The position numbers and the translations under genes were made by a program. A stretch of 64,000 bases of DNA from NCBI RefSeq assembly GCF_004010195.1, contig NC_057721.1:51845414-51909413 (forward strand), read 5' to 3'. Numbering within the stretch: position 1 is the stretch's first letter; every line of letters starts with the position of its first letter. Of the stretch, positions 25,075 to 38,160 are shown in pieces. The stretch comes from Chiloscyllium plagiosum (Eukaryota). The notes beneath the pieces are model-generated. The model did not search any database and was not told where the DNA came from. It saw only the letters and a list, made by a program, of their open reading frames with translations.

Positions 25075-28070
25075 TAGGGTGGCAGGGGACTGAGAACCAG
25101 AAGAGAAAACAAGTAGGCAGCATGATGGAAACTAAGAATTATGAAGGTAACATTAATAAAGGGAAGAATAGGCAGAGAGCAGGTGAGCGCAAAAGAACTG
25201 GTGGCCTAAAATGCATCTACTTTAATGCAAGGAGTATAGTGTGTAAAGCAGATGGACTTAAGGCTTTGGTTTGGTGCCTGGGAGAATGACATTATTGCCA
25301 TCACAGAGACTTGGTTGAAGGAAGGGCATGTTGATTGGCAACTAAATGTTCCAGGATATAGACGCTTCAGACAGGACCAGGAGGGAAGTAAAAGAGGGGG
25401 CGGAGTTGCATTGCTGGTCAGGGACGATCAAAGCTGTGCTAAAGGAGGACACTGGCAGTCTTGGGTAGTGAGGCATTATGGGTGGAGCTGAGAAATAAGA
25501 ATGGTGCACTTACATTGTTGGGGCTGTATTACAGACCTCCCAACAGTGAGCGTGAGGTAGAAGAACAAATAGGTAAACAAGTTATGAGTAGATGTAGAGG
25601 TAATAAGGTAGTGGTGATGGACGATTTTAATTTTCCCAGCATTGACTGGGATATTCTTAGTGCCAGAGGTCTGGATGGAGTAGAATTTGTACGAAGTCTC
25701 CAGGAGAGTTTTCTAAAGCAGTATGTCAATAGTCTGACGTGGGAAGGGGCCATATTGGACCTGGTACTGGGGAACTAGCCAGGACAAGTGGTAGAAGTTG
25801 CGGTAGGGGATTTCTTTGGGAATAGTGACCACAATCCTGAAAGTTTTAGAATACTAGTAGATAAAAAAAGAGTGGTCCTCGGGGAAGAGTACTAAACTGG
25901 ACCAAAGCCAATTATATCAAAATTAGGCAGGAGCTGGGAAATGTGGATTGGACACGGCTATTTGAAGGAAAGTCCACATTTGAGATGTGGGAGGCTTTCA
26001 AAGATAGGTTAACGGTAGTGCAGGATAGGCATATCCGGTTGAAGGCAAAGGATAGGAAGGACAAGATTCGTGAACCGTGGATCACAGGAGAAATGGTACG
26101 ACAAGCAAAGAGGAAAAGGGAAGTGTACATAAGGTCGAGGCAACTAAGAACAGAACGGGCCCTGGTGGAATATCAGAAGAGTAGGACAAGTCTTAAGCAA
26201 GGAATCAAGCGGGCAAAAAGGGGTCATGAAATAGCTTTAATAGCAGAATTAAGGAAAATTGCAAGGCATTTTATTATATAAGAAGCAAGCAAGTAACTAG
26301 AGAAAGGATTGGTCAACTAAAAGATAATGAAAGAAGGCTGTGTGCCAAACCTGAGAGAATGGGTGAGATTCTGAATGATTACTTTGCATCAGTGTTCATT
26401 GAGGAGAGGAACATGATAAATCTTGAGATTAGAGATAGAAGTTTGATTAGTCTGGATCACATTGGCATAAGTAGTGAAGATGTATTGGGTAGGCTAGAGG
26501 TCATTAAGGTGGACAAATCCCCAGGACTGGATGAGATCTATCCTAGGTTGCTGAGGGAGGTGTGAGAGGAAATAGCTGGGGCCCTAACAGATATCTTTGT
26601 GGCATCCTTAAACGCAGGTGAGGTGCCGGAGGACTGGAGGGTAGCTTATGTTGTCTCCCTGCACAAGAAGGGTAGTAGGGATATTCCAGGTAACTACAGA
26701 CCAGTGAGCCTGACATCGGTGGTGGGGAAGTTGCTGGAGAGGGTACTGAGAGATAGGGTCTATTTATATTTAGAAAAGAATGAGCTTATCAGTGATAGGC
26801 AATGTGGTTTTGTGCAGGGAAGATTGTGCCTTACCAACTTGATAGAGTTCGTTGAGGAAGTGACCAAGTTGTTTGATGAAGGAAGGGCTGTTGATGTCAT
26901 ATACATGGACTTTAGTAAGGCATTTGATCAGGTTCCCCATTGTAGACTAATGGAGAAATTGAAGTCACATGGTGTGCAGTGTGTTCTAGCTAGGTGGATA
27001 AATAACTGGCTGAGCAACAGGAGACAGAGAGTAGTAGTTGAAGGGAGTTTCTCAAAATGGAGAAAGGTGTTCCACATGGATCAGTATTGGGGCCACTTGT
27101 TTGTAATATACATAAATGATCTAGAAGAGGGCACTGTTGTATGATCAGCAAGTTTACTGATGACACAAAGCTTGGTGGAGTAGCAGAAAGCATAAGGGAC
27201 TGTCTGAGAATACCGGAGAATATAGATAGACCGGAGAGATTGGGTAGAAAAGTGGCAGATGGCTTTCAATCCAGACAAATGTGAGGTGAATCAATTAGGC
27301 AAGTCTAATTCTAGAGCGAATTATACAATGAATGGAAGAGTCTTGGGGAAAGTTGATGGGTAGAGAGATCTGGGAGTGCAGGTCCATTGTACCCTGAAGG
27401 TGCTACACAGGTGGATAGAGTTGTCAAGAAGGCATATAGTATGCTTGCCTTCATTGGATGGGGTATTGAGTATAAGAGCTGGCAAGTCATGTTAAAATTG
27501 TACAAGACATTGGTTCGGCCGCATTTGGGATATTGTGTACAGTTCTGGTCGCCACATTACCAAAAGGACGTGGACGCTTTGGAGAGGGGGCAGAGAAGGT
27601 TAGCGAGGATGTTGCCCGGTATGGAAGGTGCTAGCTATGAAGAGAGGTTGAGTAGGTTAGGTTAATTTTCACTAGAAAAAGGAGATCGAGGGGAGACCTG
27701 ATTGAGGTTTACAAAATCATGAAGGGCATAGACAGGGTGGATAGAGACAAGCTTTTTCCCAGAATGAAGGATTCAGTAACGAGAGGTCATGCTTTCAAAG
27801 TGAGAGGTGGAAAGTTTAAGGGGGATACACGAGACAAATACTTCATACAGAGGGTGGTGGGCATTTGGAATGCGTTGTCAGCAGACGTGGTAGAGGCAGG
27901 CATAGTAGATTCATTTAAGAAGCGTCTGGACAGATGCATGAGTAGGTGGGGAGCAGAAGGATACAAATGCTTAGGAATTGACCGACAGGTTTCGACAGTA
28001 CATTTGGATCGGCTCAGGCTTGAAGGGCCGAAGGGCCTGTTCCTGGGCTGTAAATTTTCTTTGTTCTTTG
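25075..28070 (+). mobile_element. Near-complete but disabled CR1 ORF2 (APE endonuclease plus RT)
   Basis: YFNARSI, AITETWL, YYRPPN, DFNFP, LDLVL, SDH, PGNYRPVSLTSVVGKLLE, YMDFSKAFD, YINDL, TRGH. Multiple stops and frameshifts. Confidence 0.92.
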
Positions 28071-28294
28071 ATTATCTCCGATCTCTTTATATCATCAGAA
28101 TCGATACTCTGATATCAGTATGTACAGTTGGGTTTTCATCCGATGAATGCAACTTCACAAGTGAGTTTATTTAATTGAAAAGTGATGGGTCAGGACTCTT
28201 ATGGCACAATGGTAATGTCCCCACTGGGCTAGAAAGCTTGTGTTCAAATCCCACTGCTCTAGAGATGTCATAATACGTTTGAAGTTGACAAAGG

Positions 28295-28735
28295 CTCCTG
28301 CTCCTTGCATGCAGCCTGACCAGCTGTGCTTTTCCAGCACCACACTTTTTCACTCTGATCTCCAGCTTCTGCAGTCCTGTCTTTCTCCTAGAATATCAAA
28401 GTCATAGAGTCATAGAGATGCACAGCATGGAAACTGACCTTTCGGTCCAACCTGTCCATGCCGACCAGATATCCCAACCCAATCTAGTCCCACCTGCCAG
28501 TACCCGGCCCATATCGTTCAAAACCCTTCCCATTCATATACCCATCCAAATGCCTCTTAAATGTTGCAATTGTACCAGCCTCCACCACATCCTCTGGCAG
28601 CTCATTCCATTCACGTACCAACCTCTGCATGAAAACGTTGCCCTTAGATCTCTTTTATATCTTTCCCCTCTCACCCTAAACCTTTCCCCTCTAGTTCTGG
28701 ACTCCCCGACCCCAGGGAAAAGCCTTTGTCTATTA
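28295..28735. mobile_element. Neptune-type terminal fragment (+, 28295-28390) followed by a CR1 3' end (-, 28400-28735)
   Basis: ctcctgctcc...cttttccagcacc...ctgcagtcc, then an (AGTCATAG)n tail and reverse CR1 sequence. Confidence 0.8.
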
Positions 28736-28960
28736 AGTGCTGGGGGATCTTGTCAGGGTGGGTATGGAAATAATGTTTTCTTGTGGGACAATCAAGAACT
28801 AGAGGCCATTGTTAAATTTCTTTCAAAAAACATTGTCACCAATTCAAGGCATAAGCTTATTCTTAGAGAGTGTCGGGCTCTGATTTTGTGTTCAATTTTT
28901 TTCTGATCTTTAAGCAGTTTAAATCGATCCCTGACCCCTGGTTCTGGACTTTTTAGAGGA

Positions 28961-29623
28961 TGTGTGAAATGAAGGGGTAGTGGACCTATGTTTCAGGGCA
29001 AAACAATCTCTGCATTTATTTAAAATGCAAAAGATAATTTATAATACAAGAAAATGATAATGCAATAAAACAATGTGAGAAACGAAGCTCACTCACTTCA
29101 ATAATTTCAGTCCGAGACAAGATCTGAAGCAATCAGTACGTTTACTATACGCTTGCAAGCGTGGTGCCTGGAATAGGGCATGCAGAGTTTAGCAAGTACA
29201 TATCTTATATAGGATTCACTACTCCAAACCCGGTGCCCATTACTATTGTTTATTTCTTGCCTTATCCGGCCTTGTGCATAACAAAGTACAAGTTTTACTT
29301 GGCCATTTCACAACATCCTACTGTGACCCATTGTTAGTTATATCCTCCTTCACTACTATCTACTTCCCCCACCTGTGACATTTCCTCCCTTTCCCCAACC
29401 ATATTGATCCTTCTGACCTTTTAATTGGGGTTTGTTTTAGTGTTTTTGCAGAAGTGGGAAACAGATGGTTACAACTACTGCTTGTACAAGCATATCTGGC
29501 TTAATCTACATCCTCACAGCACCTTATCTATTTGTCTGTAACATCTACCATTGTTTGCAGGCACATTTCATTCTTGTATGCACATTTTAGCTAATACAAA
29601 AACAATTATATATTTCCTCCACA
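28961..29623 (-). mobile_element. Possible solo LTR
   Basis: TGTG...CACA termini. On - there is a TATA-like CTATATAAG and a downstream AATAAA (29020-29015) before the end. No TSD recognised. Confidence 0.35.
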
Positions 29624-29739
29624 TAGTTTTCATTCTTGTTGACTCAGCTCTTGGTTGAAACAATTGTACACTGGTGTGAGTGCATTTACCTTGCATAAGT
29701 AATTATGATTGCAGAAGTAACACTACTTTACCTATATCC

Positions 29740-30725
29740 CACATTAGTGAGATAGTTGATTCATTGGATTTAATTTTCCAAAGCTCATTTGATTTGGAGA
29801 AGGTTCCTTTAGAGCGGAAAATACCTAATGCAACACCTTTATTCAAAAAGGAGGGAGCCAGAAAGCAGGAAACTACAGACTAATTAGTTTAATATCTGAC
29901 ACAGGGCAAACATTGAACACTATTACTAAACACTATTACTTGGATAAGTTCATGCTAATTTGGCAGAGGCAACATGATTTAATCAAAGGGAAATTGTTTA
30001 ACCAATTTATTGATTGTGAAGATGACATAGAAACCTATAAAGGGATGTAGATAAATTAAGTAAGTGGGCAAAGATCTCGCAAATCTAATGGAAAAGTGTG
30101 AAGATGTCAGAGCTGATGAAGAGCCACCTGGGCTCAAAACATTAGATTGCTCTCTCTCCATGGATGCTGCCTGACCTGCTGTGATCTTCATCATATTTTG
30201 TTTCCAGTAACAGATTGTTATGTTTTAGTGTGAAGAAAATTGAATGCAAGAGCAGGGAGGTTATGCTTCAGTTACATTAGATATTGGTGAGACCATATCT
30301 GGAGTACTGTATACAGTACTGAACATTGTATTAACTGTTCGTGTGTTAGAAGTAGATAAGAAAAGGTTTACTAGACCAATATTGGAATGAGCAAATTGAA
30401 AAGAAGTTGCACAGGATAATCCTGTACCCTCTGGAGTTTAGAAGAATCAGAGGCGGCCTAATTGAAACATATAAAATGCTGAGGAGCTTGACCAGGTAGA
30501 TGTTGAAAGGATGCTTCCTCTTGTGGGAGAATCTAGGAGCAGGAGTCATAGTTTTAAAAAAGAGGCACCGATTTAAGACAGAGATGAAGAAAACAAATTA
30601 TTCTCAGAAGATTGAGTCTGAAAAAGTCCCTTCCTCAAAAGGCATGGATGCAAAATCTATAAATATTTTTAAGACTCAGGTAGACAGATTCTTGATTACC
30701 AAATAGATGTAAGATTATTGGGTGT
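29740..30725 (+). mobile_element. Heavily deleted CR1 with a short hammerhead-bearing PLE fragment inserted at about 30105-30208
   Basis: TPLFKKEG and FRRIRGGLIETYK remnants. The insert reads gCTGATGAagagccacctgggctcAAAAcattag...gatgctgcctgacctgctg. Confidence 0.7.
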
Positions 30726-31727
30726 AGAATAGAATAGAATATGCTTTTTTGTCACTTGTACTCCAGTACAGAATACAGGAGTACAATAAAAAGTATTTAC
30801 AATGGCACCATCTTAGTGTCAAATAACAAGTAGATTTAACAAGTTAAGTCCACTAATAACTTGCATTCATGGTTCAACTGCATTTGTGTGACTATCTTGG
30901 AGAAATTAGCCCAATAAAGCAAACAAGATTGGGTGAAATTGACAAGCTGTTTATTACAGTGATATTGCTGGAAGAGAAATTGACTAGGCTGACACAGAAC
31001 TGACAGTACAAGTAGATCAAGGGTTCTCTTCCTTGAGCTGAGGATGAAGCCAGGTTTTATAGGAATCTTGTACAATAAGTTTAATTAAAATGGGGAAAGA
31101 TGCAATGTATTTGGAAATCAGAAGAATGATCTGATTGTCGATACAATGTAACATCCTGACAGTATCGATGGGTTCTTGATAGGATCAGGAGTTCTCTTTG
31201 CAGAGAGGCGAGAATGTGTTTTTTGAACCAGTAAGGTGCTTCCATTGTTCCTGTCCTGGGAACGAGTTGCTTGGTGGTGCCTCTCTGTCTGACCTGTTCT
31301 TTGTCTGGCTTTGGAGTTGCTGTGTTATGAGACTGCCCTCGGGGTTTTGGAACAGCTGTGTTGACCTGGTATCGTTAGTGCGTTTGGGAAGTGTATTCCC
31401 TTGTCTGTGTCTGGTTTCACTTGTCAGCCTGTTTGGTCACTGCTGAGGCATTCTGGGAGCTTCTGCTAAAGTTTGGCCACATTTGCTTTCCTATGTTCTG
31501 TGTGGGTCAATATGGGTAGGCAGGATGGCAGATATTTTCCCACACTACCATACCATGGTTTAAAAAGGTGTTACCTTCATAGTACTGACAAAATTAAGTA
31601 GATGATTTTAACCACAAGTAACAATAATCATTCAGCTCAGTGCAGTTACAGCAGCAGATATTCCAACACAATGTTGGTTTCTTGGTCTTTCCTCTTCATT
31701 TCAGTTTCTGTTTTTAAATGAGAATAA

Positions 31728-31846
31728 TCAGAATAATGAAACATTCAGAATAATCATTAAGAGGATGATAAACCCAACTATTCCTGCAGCTGCGATCATT
31801 CCAAAACGTTGCCGACTTCTTGGAATTTCATTTTGAGTTCCAGGGT
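31728..31846 (-). CDS. HHLA2: HHLA2-like stalk plus transmembrane/hydrophobic terminal exon
   Basis: aaatttcag| phase-1 acceptor. DPGTQNEIPRSRQRFGMIAAAGIVGFIILLMIILNVSLF*, TGA at 31730-31728. The spliced CDS is 371 aa from ATG 57955, or 389 aa from ATG 58009. Confidence 0.75.
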
Positions 31847-32074
31847 CTGAAATTTGAACAAAGTGAACCTTATCAAACCTCATATAATTCACACATAAAA
31901 TATATTTGTAAATTTAAAACTAAACATAAACATAAACAGAGAATTTAAATAAAAATTCAACTGCAAATGTTGGAAGTATAATGAAAACGGAAACTAAGTT
32001 GGGTGAGGTGATCATTGCATTAATGATATAGAAGTAACTAAAGAAGGGTTAACATATCCCACCACTAATATTGC

Positions 32075-32440
32075 TGCGTGGTGGAAATGTCACTGGCGTA
32101 ATAATCTAGACCTTGGGTTTATGGGTTCAAAACATGTTGTGGCAGCTGATGGAATTTAAATTAAGTTAATGAAAATGAAATCTGGATTGAAAGCTAATGA
32201 TGGTGCAACTGAACGCTGATTGTTGTAAAAACCTATCCAGTTTATTAATACCCTTTAGGAAAGGAAATCTGTTGTCCTTATTTGGTTTGGCCTAAATGTG
32301 CCTCCTGACCCACAATGATGTGGTTGGCTTTTAATTGCCCTTTGATAGCCTAATAATCCACACTGTTTAAGAGCAATTAGAGATGGGCAACAGATACTGG
32401 TCTTGGCAGCGACATCCATATCCCAAATAAAGAATAAAAT
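32075..32440 (+). mobile_element. tRNA-derived SINE, second family
   Basis: gggttcaaa B-box remnant, ctttaggaaaggaaatctg body, gggcaa..atactgg..catatccc..aataaaa tail. Confidence 0.65.
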
Positions 32441-33659
32441 GTCAATAAAGTTGGTAAAATGTTAGACCAAATAACCATGGGAAGTAATACTTGTGTAAAG
32501 TACATTTTTGAGTACTGTGATCAGTTCTGTCCTGTGAGGAACATTCAAATACTAAAACAATGTAGACAAGAGTTTGAGGGTGATTTCAAGACTGCTGATT
32601 TCCCTTTCCTTGATATTAATCCAGATGGCAGTATTTGTTATCAGAATCAACAGAAACAATGTCTCTAACACAATTGACTGAGAGATGATCTTAATACATG
32701 AAATGATATAAAAAAGATAATTCTGGAAAATAATTTCAAACTGAATTGTGAGGGTAAAACTAGGATAACGATGTAACAATTGAGTAAAAAGCTCATTTAG
32801 GGCAAAGATCAGAATATTCTTCAAATGCCCCTGTATTGGGCAATCAATACATAGAATAGAAGATTGATATCATTATCATCAATTATAAACCTTTAATTAT
32901 ACAATATTTATCTGATTATATAATTACATAACACATGGACCTTAACATCAACAAGACATTGTTTATAATGGTTTCCTACAAATTGACAGCATATAATAAA
33001 ATGCGTGATAAAGTACTTTGTGAAAATATAGGGCAGGAATTTAGTTGTCAAAATATTCTCACTAGGATATCTGGCCTTATCTGTATGTATCTCATGGTTT
33101 ACTGAACACACTACAATACTGTAAAAAGAGTATTTATAACAGCACTATGTGATTGTATATGTGTCCATCAGAGGGAGCTGATCAAAAGGTTATACTTTTC
33201 AATTTTAAAAATTCTTGATGAATGCTATATTTGAGTCAAAATATAAGAATAATGGTTACATATGAAAATGTTATTAAATTTCTTCACCTTTATTTTAACA
33301 AAAGGGCTGAACCATTTTAAATGGATAGAAATAGTTTTGGCCAAGTTTTTGGTTGTTTGCCTTGCTCTCATATATTTGAATTTTTTGCTCTTCCACTTAT
33401 TTTTCATTTTGTATTGTTCCTGCGAATCACCTCGGAATGTTTTACTGAGCTAAATACAGTTTTTTTTAAAAGAAGTTTCTTTATTGCCTGTATGACAAAT
33501 TTCACCCCTATATATTTCATTGGTTTAAGAATATGTTAACTCTTTAGAGTCCAGATTGAGGATTGAATATTTTCAGTCTTAAATATGGACAACCTGTTCA
33601 AAACTAAATTTTAAGTATAAGGATAAAATCTAAGCTCTGAAGTACTGTCACATTCAATT

Positions 33660-35065
33660 GTGAATATTGGTGGACAATTAAACAATTAACTGGAAGAGGA
33701 GGCAACTCCACAAATATCCTCACCATCAATGGATAGGGAAGCCCAGCAACATCAGTGCTAAAGACAAAGCTTGCATGCATCCTCAGCTAGACGTGCCAAA
33801 TGGAAGATCTACCTCAGCTTTCTGCTCAAGTCCCGAGCATCACAGATGTCAGTCCAGCCAATCTGATGATCTTCCACATGATATCAAGTAGAGGCTGAAG
33901 GCACTGGGTACTGCAAAAGTTATGGCCCTAACAATGTTCCACCAATAGTACTGACAACTTTGCTCCAGATTTGCTGTACCAGTGTCCAAGCTCTTCCTTT
34001 ATGGACACAAAACTGGCAACTACCCGGCACTGTAGAAAATTGTCCAGGTGTATCCTGCCTACAAATAATAGGGCAACTCCAACCCAGCCAATTACCGTCT
34101 TTCAGTTTACTCTTAATCATCACCAAAGTGAAGGAAGAGGTCATTGACAATGCTATCAAGCAGCACTTGACCAGCAACAACCTGCCCACTCATGCTCAGT
34201 GTGGGTTCCAGCAGGGCCACTCAATTCATGACCTCAGAACAGCTTTGGTCCAAACATGGACTAAAGAGATGAATTCCAGAGATGAGGTGAGAGTGTCTGC
34301 CCTTGGCATCAAGACAGTATTTGACTCAGTGCGGTATGAAAGAGTAGTAGAAAACTAGAATCAACGGGATTCTCCCCTAGCTGGAATCAACCCAAGTCAA
34401 AAGAAAACTGTGGTTGCAAATTGACCATCGCAGTCTCAGGACATTACTGCAGGAATTACTCATGGTTGTGTCTTAGGCCCAGCCAGATCCTTTCTCAATA
34501 ACATTCACTTTATCATAACATAGAAGTTGAGATGATCACTGATGATTGCACAATGTTCAGCACCATTATCAATTCCACAGATACTCAAGCAGTCTGCACA
34601 TGGACCTGGACAACATCACAGGTTTTGGATGATAAGTGGCAAAGAACATTCATGCTACACAAGTGCCACTTTTAACATCCTGGGGGGATGAACTGGTCTG
34701 ACAATGCAAGTATTTGGTGACAAAAGCAGATCACAGGCTAAGAATTCTGGGGCAGTTCATGCCCCTGCTTGTCCCCCCAGTGCTTGCCTACCATCCATAA
34801 AGCAATACAGTTTACTTGCTTGCATGTGTCCAGCTCCAACAACACTCAGGAAGCTCAATACCACCTAGGACAAAGCAACCTGCTCAAGAGTCACCCATTC
34901 ACCACAATTGCCTACCACCTACAAGAGGCAATTCACCTAGGCTGCATCAACAACACTTTCCAAATCTGCAACCTCAACTACTGAGAAGGACATGGTCAGC
35001 AGATTCATGGGAACACCATAAGCTGCAGCTTCCACTCCAAATAACTCACCCATTCTAACTTGGAA
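33660..35065 (+). mobile_element. Decayed L2/CR1-type LINE RT region
   Basis: QCGFQQGHS..DL.TALVQTWTKE and ALGIKTVFD remnants. Confidence 0.7.
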
Positions 35066-36090
35066 CTAAGAGACGGAGTACAAGAAAGAAATGGACAACT
35101 TAATGGTATGGTGTAGAGGCAAGAATCTCTCCTCAAAGTCAGCAAAATGAAGGAGCTAGACATTGACTTCAAGAAAGAGACAAGATTAGAGTGGTGCTGG
35201 AAATGCTCAGCAGATCAGGCAGCATCCGAGGAGCAGGAAAACGACGTTTCGGGCAGGAGCCCTTCATTAGGAAACTCCTGCCTGAAACGTCGATTTTCCT
35301 GTTCCTCGGATACTGCCTGACCTGCTGAGCATTTCCAGCACCACTCTAATCTTGACTCTAATCTCTAGCATCTACAGTCCTCACTTTCGCCTATCGACTT
35401 CAGAAAGTGAAGTGTAAGACACACCTGTGACTGTATCAGTGATGCTGAGATGGAGGTAGTCGAGAGCTTCAAGTTCCTACAAGTAAATATTATCAATGGT
35501 TTATTCTAATCAATCCATGTCAATGCTACAGTCAAGGCAGCACATCAACGGCTTTACTTCCTTAGAAGCTGAAGGAAATTTGGCATGTCCACAATGATTT
35601 TTATCAATTTTTATAAATGCACCATAGAAAGCATCTATCCAGATGCATCACAGCTTGATATGGCAATTGCTCTGCCCAGGACTGAAAAACTAATCCAGAG
35701 AGTTGTGAACACAGCCAAATCCATCATGAAAACCAGCCTTCCTTCTATTGACTCCACCTACGTTTCCCGCTGCCTCGGAAAGCAACTAGCATAATAAAAA
35801 AAAACCCTCCCACCCTCATTATATCGGGCAGAAGATACAAACATTTGAAAACAGCACCCATAGATTTAAGAACAGCGCCTTATCTGTTGTTATCACACTT
35901 ATGAATGGACCCCGTATATATTAGAGTTGACCTTTCTCTGCACCGTCTTTGCAGCTCTAACACTATATCTGCATTCTGTTCTGTTACCCTGATGTATTTA
36001 TGTAAAGTATGATTGGTCTGATTAGCACACAAAACAGTACTTTTCACTGTACTTTTGTTCTTACGATAATAATAATTCAAATCAACAACC
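35066..36090 (+). mobile_element. Rex1/Babar-like LINE 3' part carrying a nested fold-back PLE fragment
   Basis: KxKELxIDF and FYKCTIES remnants; aataataattcaaatcaa tail. Confidence 0.65.
35178..35392. mobile_element. Fold-back Neptune-type PLE terminal fragment
   Basis: Inverted arms caagattagagtggtgctgg...gtttcgggcaggag / ctcctgcctgaaac...ccagcaccactctaatcttg. Flanks attgacttcaagaaag / atcgacttcagaaag form a decayed TSD. Confidence 0.8.
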
Positions 36091-36407
36091 AAATTTGAGG
36101 TCTTACTTTTTTTGGCTAAATGTCAGATTCATCCAGTCTCACAGGGTTTCTGTTGATGGGGTCCAATGAGATGTCTTGCTGTATCTTATTAAAGTCACCT
36201 CATTAACTGTATACCCTGGCCTAGTGTTGCCCCGCTCACCTAATTCAACCACTTGCAGCAGCGGATATCTGCTGCAGGTCCAGCATCTTTGACACTATAC
36301 CATTCTTAAAAGGCTGCTGTGTACCCAGACAGGCATTGGCCATCATGCCTTGCCCCTCACCGGCAAGTAATATCACAGCAGCTACAAAGCCATGCTACTC
36401 AAAGGGA

Positions 36408-36720
36408 AGCGATGGCCAGTGGTATTACCACTGGACTACTATCCAGAAACTCAGATAAGGGTTTTGGGGACCCGGATTCAAATCCTGACATGACAGATGA
36501 TGAAATTTGAACTCATTGTAAAAGAATTTGGGATTAATTGTCTTATGATGACTATGAAACCACTGCTAATTGTTGAGGAAACCTCCTTTAGGAAAGGAAA
36601 CTACCATCCTTATCTGATCCGGTCTACATGTGACTCCAGACCGACAGTGACGGGCAGTTAGGTATGAGCAATTAATGCTGAGTTATCCACTAATGCCCAC
36701 ATCCTGTGAGTGAATAAAAC
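36408..36720 (+). mobile_element. tRNA-derived SINE, second family
   Basis: gatggccagtggtattaccactggacta head, GGATTCAAATCC B box, shared tail. Confidence 0.7.
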
Positions 36721-36949
36721 AAGTTTCCCTCACCCATAAGATCCCATTCTCTCATCCTGGTGTAATTTAACTAGCAGGCCATTTTGTTTTAATTGCCTTT
36801 ATCTACGCTCAGTCACTGTTACCCTGCCATCAGCACCCATTGTCCACCTAACATCTTGTCATTGTCCAACAGGAGAACATCACATACAGAAACCAGTTGA
36901 ACAAATCCAAAGCGATCTTTAATTTGCAAAAGCGAACATAAACAAAATG

Positions 36950-38160
36950 AACGGAGGCTGCTGGTCATCCCCACAATGCAAACCAAATGGAGTTGATGAC
37001 TAACAAATTCCATGATGGTCTGCTGCATCCAGCTCTCATTTACTGAAACTGAGTGACAGTCAGGCTCTGTCTGTCTTGTAGTGCCTGAAACACCTTAGCT
37101 CTGTCATGCACAAAGAGAGCTTCCTCCTCCCCAGTGTCCTTCTCCTTCTCCTAAGAAGACTGCTCCCATACTCTGAGTTCCATATCATTCAATCGTATGG
37201 AGCACTGCATACCAGGAGGTGTGAGACAATCTTTCTGGACTATCCCAAAGGACCCTTTGCCCAGACCAGTCCAAGTAGCAGAACCACATCTTTAGCAGCC
37301 CCTATCGTCTGCTCCACCATTGCCCTGATCAAACCATGGATAACATTTTCTCTGTGCTTTTCTTCATTTGGGGGCCATACAATGTTGTCAAAAGCAATGA
37401 TCACAGTGAGTAGCTCTTGTTCCCCAGTAACCTGCCTTGTAAGGCTGCTGGATCCCCAAGTGCAACAGGCCCCTGAGAGTGCTCCATGATGTAGGAGATA
37501 TAGCAGCTGCCAGGATGGTACACCTCCAGGAAATGGTGATGGTAATCACAGAGTCACCAGAACCTCAATGGGATGGTTACCCTTCCTGTTGATAAATTTC
37601 ACAGTGTTGTGATACGGCCCTCTCAGCGTCATGTGCGAATAGTCAATGGCACCCTGCACCTGGAGGGAGGCAGGTCTGTTCCCGAATCCTACTGCCTGGG
37701 CTGCAGCACTGACCTCAGCAATGGAAAACAAAATGTACCTTGCACAGATGATATTGGTGTCTGTCCTGATAAATTTGTGGAAACATGACTGAGAGATTCT
37801 ACACAGCTACCTGTTGCTTCCAGAAGATTTAATGCAGCTGCCACCTTCACAGTCACAATGAGAGGATGATCCTTTATTTCTGTAGCACTTGTCCCGCTCC
37901 ATCATCTGGCATCATTCCATCACAGTGCTCTGGGACAGAGGGAGCCTGCATTGACACTGCGTTTTGTTCATCCCAAGGAAATGAAATTGGGGGGTGAGAA
38001 ACTTCTCTTTGGCACTCTACATATTGAGAGTCCCTTTGACTGTGACCTATCCCTGAGTGGGGTGCCCCTCACCCTCCATCGGGACCTGCTTCTGCTCCTG
38101 GGCTTGTCGGTGGCCTTGGTCTTGTTGCATCTGTTTTCACGTTTTTTAGGAAAGTAGTCA
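36950..38160 (-). mobile_element. Possible decayed Tx1/L1-like element
   Basis: GC-richer block with a fragment translating as PYHNTVKFINRK. No intact catalytic motif was seen. Confidence 0.3.

Noticed and set aside
33225-33539. Hydrophobic ORFs as membrane-protein exons
   Set aside because: AT-rich intron with no convincing splice pair or homology.
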